NCBI GenBank assembly: GCA_902500205.1
Contig: GCA_902500205.1_4868.1
Reading direction: 5' to 3' (one strand)
Source: Escherichia coli
GTDB taxonomy: Bacteria > Pseudomonadota > Gammaproteobacteria > Enterobacterales > Enterobacteriaceae
Length of the DNA stretch: 64,000 nt
Below the pieces are notes generated by a model. That model searched no databases, was not told the origin of the DNA, and was given only the letters and a program-made list of their open reading frames with translations. Of the stretch, positions 63,247 to 64,000 are shown one piece after another. The stretch's first letter is position 1. Each line of letters opens with the position of its first letter. Made by a program: the position numbers and the translations under genes.

Positions 63247-63762
63247 ATGTTTCATCCGAATCCTGCCAACTTCGCGTTAAAAGAGTTGATGCCGCAGGAG
63301 TACATCGCGAAATACGGTGAAGGTGCTATTCGTTTCCTTAATCCGTTACTGTTAATCTCGCTCCAACAGATTCGTAATCGTTTTGGGCGGATGGTGATTT
63401 TAACCAGTTCCCAGCAACAGCGTAGTCTGCGTACCCTGCAGTTCTTTATTAATCAAGAGAAACCAAAGGGTGGAGATTGGCAAACTCGTGCAAACAAACT
63501 GTACGCCGAATCAGGCAGTATGCATAAATTCGGTAATGCGTTTGATGCAACAATGCTTGATACTCCGTTGCAGAAAGTACACGACTATATTGCCGCGAAC
63601 CCTAACGAGTTTCCGTTTATTCACTTTATCGAGTGCGATATTACCTGGCTACATGTTGACGTACGCAACCAGCCTGATATCACCTTCTGGTCACCGACAC
63701 GTGGTACCGTTAAAGTGGTTAAGCAACAACCCATCGATTGGAGCAAGCTAGTTAAAATCTAA
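63247..63762 (+). CDS. M15-family (YcbK/DUF882-like) zinc peptidase; possible peptidoglycan endopeptidase
   Basis: 'SMHKFGNAFDA' (H-x6-D) and 'FIHFIECDITWLHVDVR' resemble the LAS/M15 metal-binding signature; 'ttaaggagag' SD. Confidence 0.5.
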   Translation: MFHPNPANFALKELMPQEYIAKYGEGAIRFLNPLLLISLQQIRNRFGRMVILTSSQQQRSLRTLQFFINQEKPKGGDWQTRANKLYAESGSMHKFGNAFDATMLDTPLQKVHDYIAANPNEFPFIHFIECDITWLHVDVRNQPDITFWSPTRGTVKVVKQQPIDWSKLVKI

Positions 63763-63844
63763 GCCACTTTAATCAAAAGTAATATCATTTATCATTTGAT
63801 ACGTTTAATGCGCTTAGAGAGCGTTTTAGAGGGTAAATAAAGCC

Positions 63845-63890
63845 CTTACCCACTCCCGTAAGGGGAGTGGGTAAGCATTATTTATTTTCT
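63845..63890. terminator. Bidirectional intrinsic terminator between convergent genes
   Basis: 'cttacccactccc-gtaa-gggagtgggtaag' flanked by A/T-rich runs on both sides. Confidence 0.7.
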
Positions 63891-64000
63891 TCTAACGGAA
63901 CAATCGTAATCGGAGTAGGAACTTCACCGATAAACCCGCTGCTGCAGCGAAAGAATGTCATCCCTTTACCTTCGCCGGTATACGGGTTCACATCCGAAAA
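63878..64000 (-). CDS. 3' end of a minus-strand gene continuing beyond the window
   Basis: Reverse-complement frame open for 40 codons from the window edge (...GEVPTPITIVPLEENK*), stop at 63878-63880 abutting the terminator. Confidence 0.4.
   Translation of the reverse strand, partial: FSDVNPYTGEGKGMTFFRCSSGFIGEVPTPITIVPLEENK

Noticed and set aside
1-64000. Prophage, integrative element, tRNA or CRISPR content
   Set aside because: No integrase, recombinase, transposase, att-like direct repeats, tRNA-like sequence or repeat-spacer array was seen; the recurring UUCG hairpins are terminators with T-tracts at irregular spacing.

Overview
Phage-like, gene-dense window: about 100 predicted genes, almost all on the + strand, with short gaps, many overlapping stop/start junctions and about 23 intrinsic terminators, most with UUCG-type loops. 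I read it as part of a large virulent tailed dsDNA phage of an enterobacterial-type host; the exact lineage cannot be assigned from sequence alone. No integrase, transposase, rRNA, tRNA or CRISPR array was seen. Layout: (i) 1-13.9 kb, virion-like block starting with a 5'-truncated, codon-optimised structural protein; (ii) 13.9-44.9 kb, mostly small accessory genes including a RuvC-like resolvase, three GNAT acetyltransferases, a dTMP-kinase-like protein, an HTH regulator, a Zn-ribbon protein, Dam methyltransferase, a PP-loop-like protein and a 1005-aa protein; (iii) 45.1-61.6 kb, tandem array of 15 paralogous fibre-like genes with a duplicated three-gene cassette and two vestigial gene stubs; (iv) 61.7-63.8 kb, lysis-like module. 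The strongest non-coding signal is a 22-bp motif present 7 times, always just downstream of a terminator and 27-95 nt upstream of a start codon, which I interpret as a phage-specific promoter class. All functional calls are motif-based readings of the translations; no database search or computation was run, and GC content and codon bias were judged by eye.
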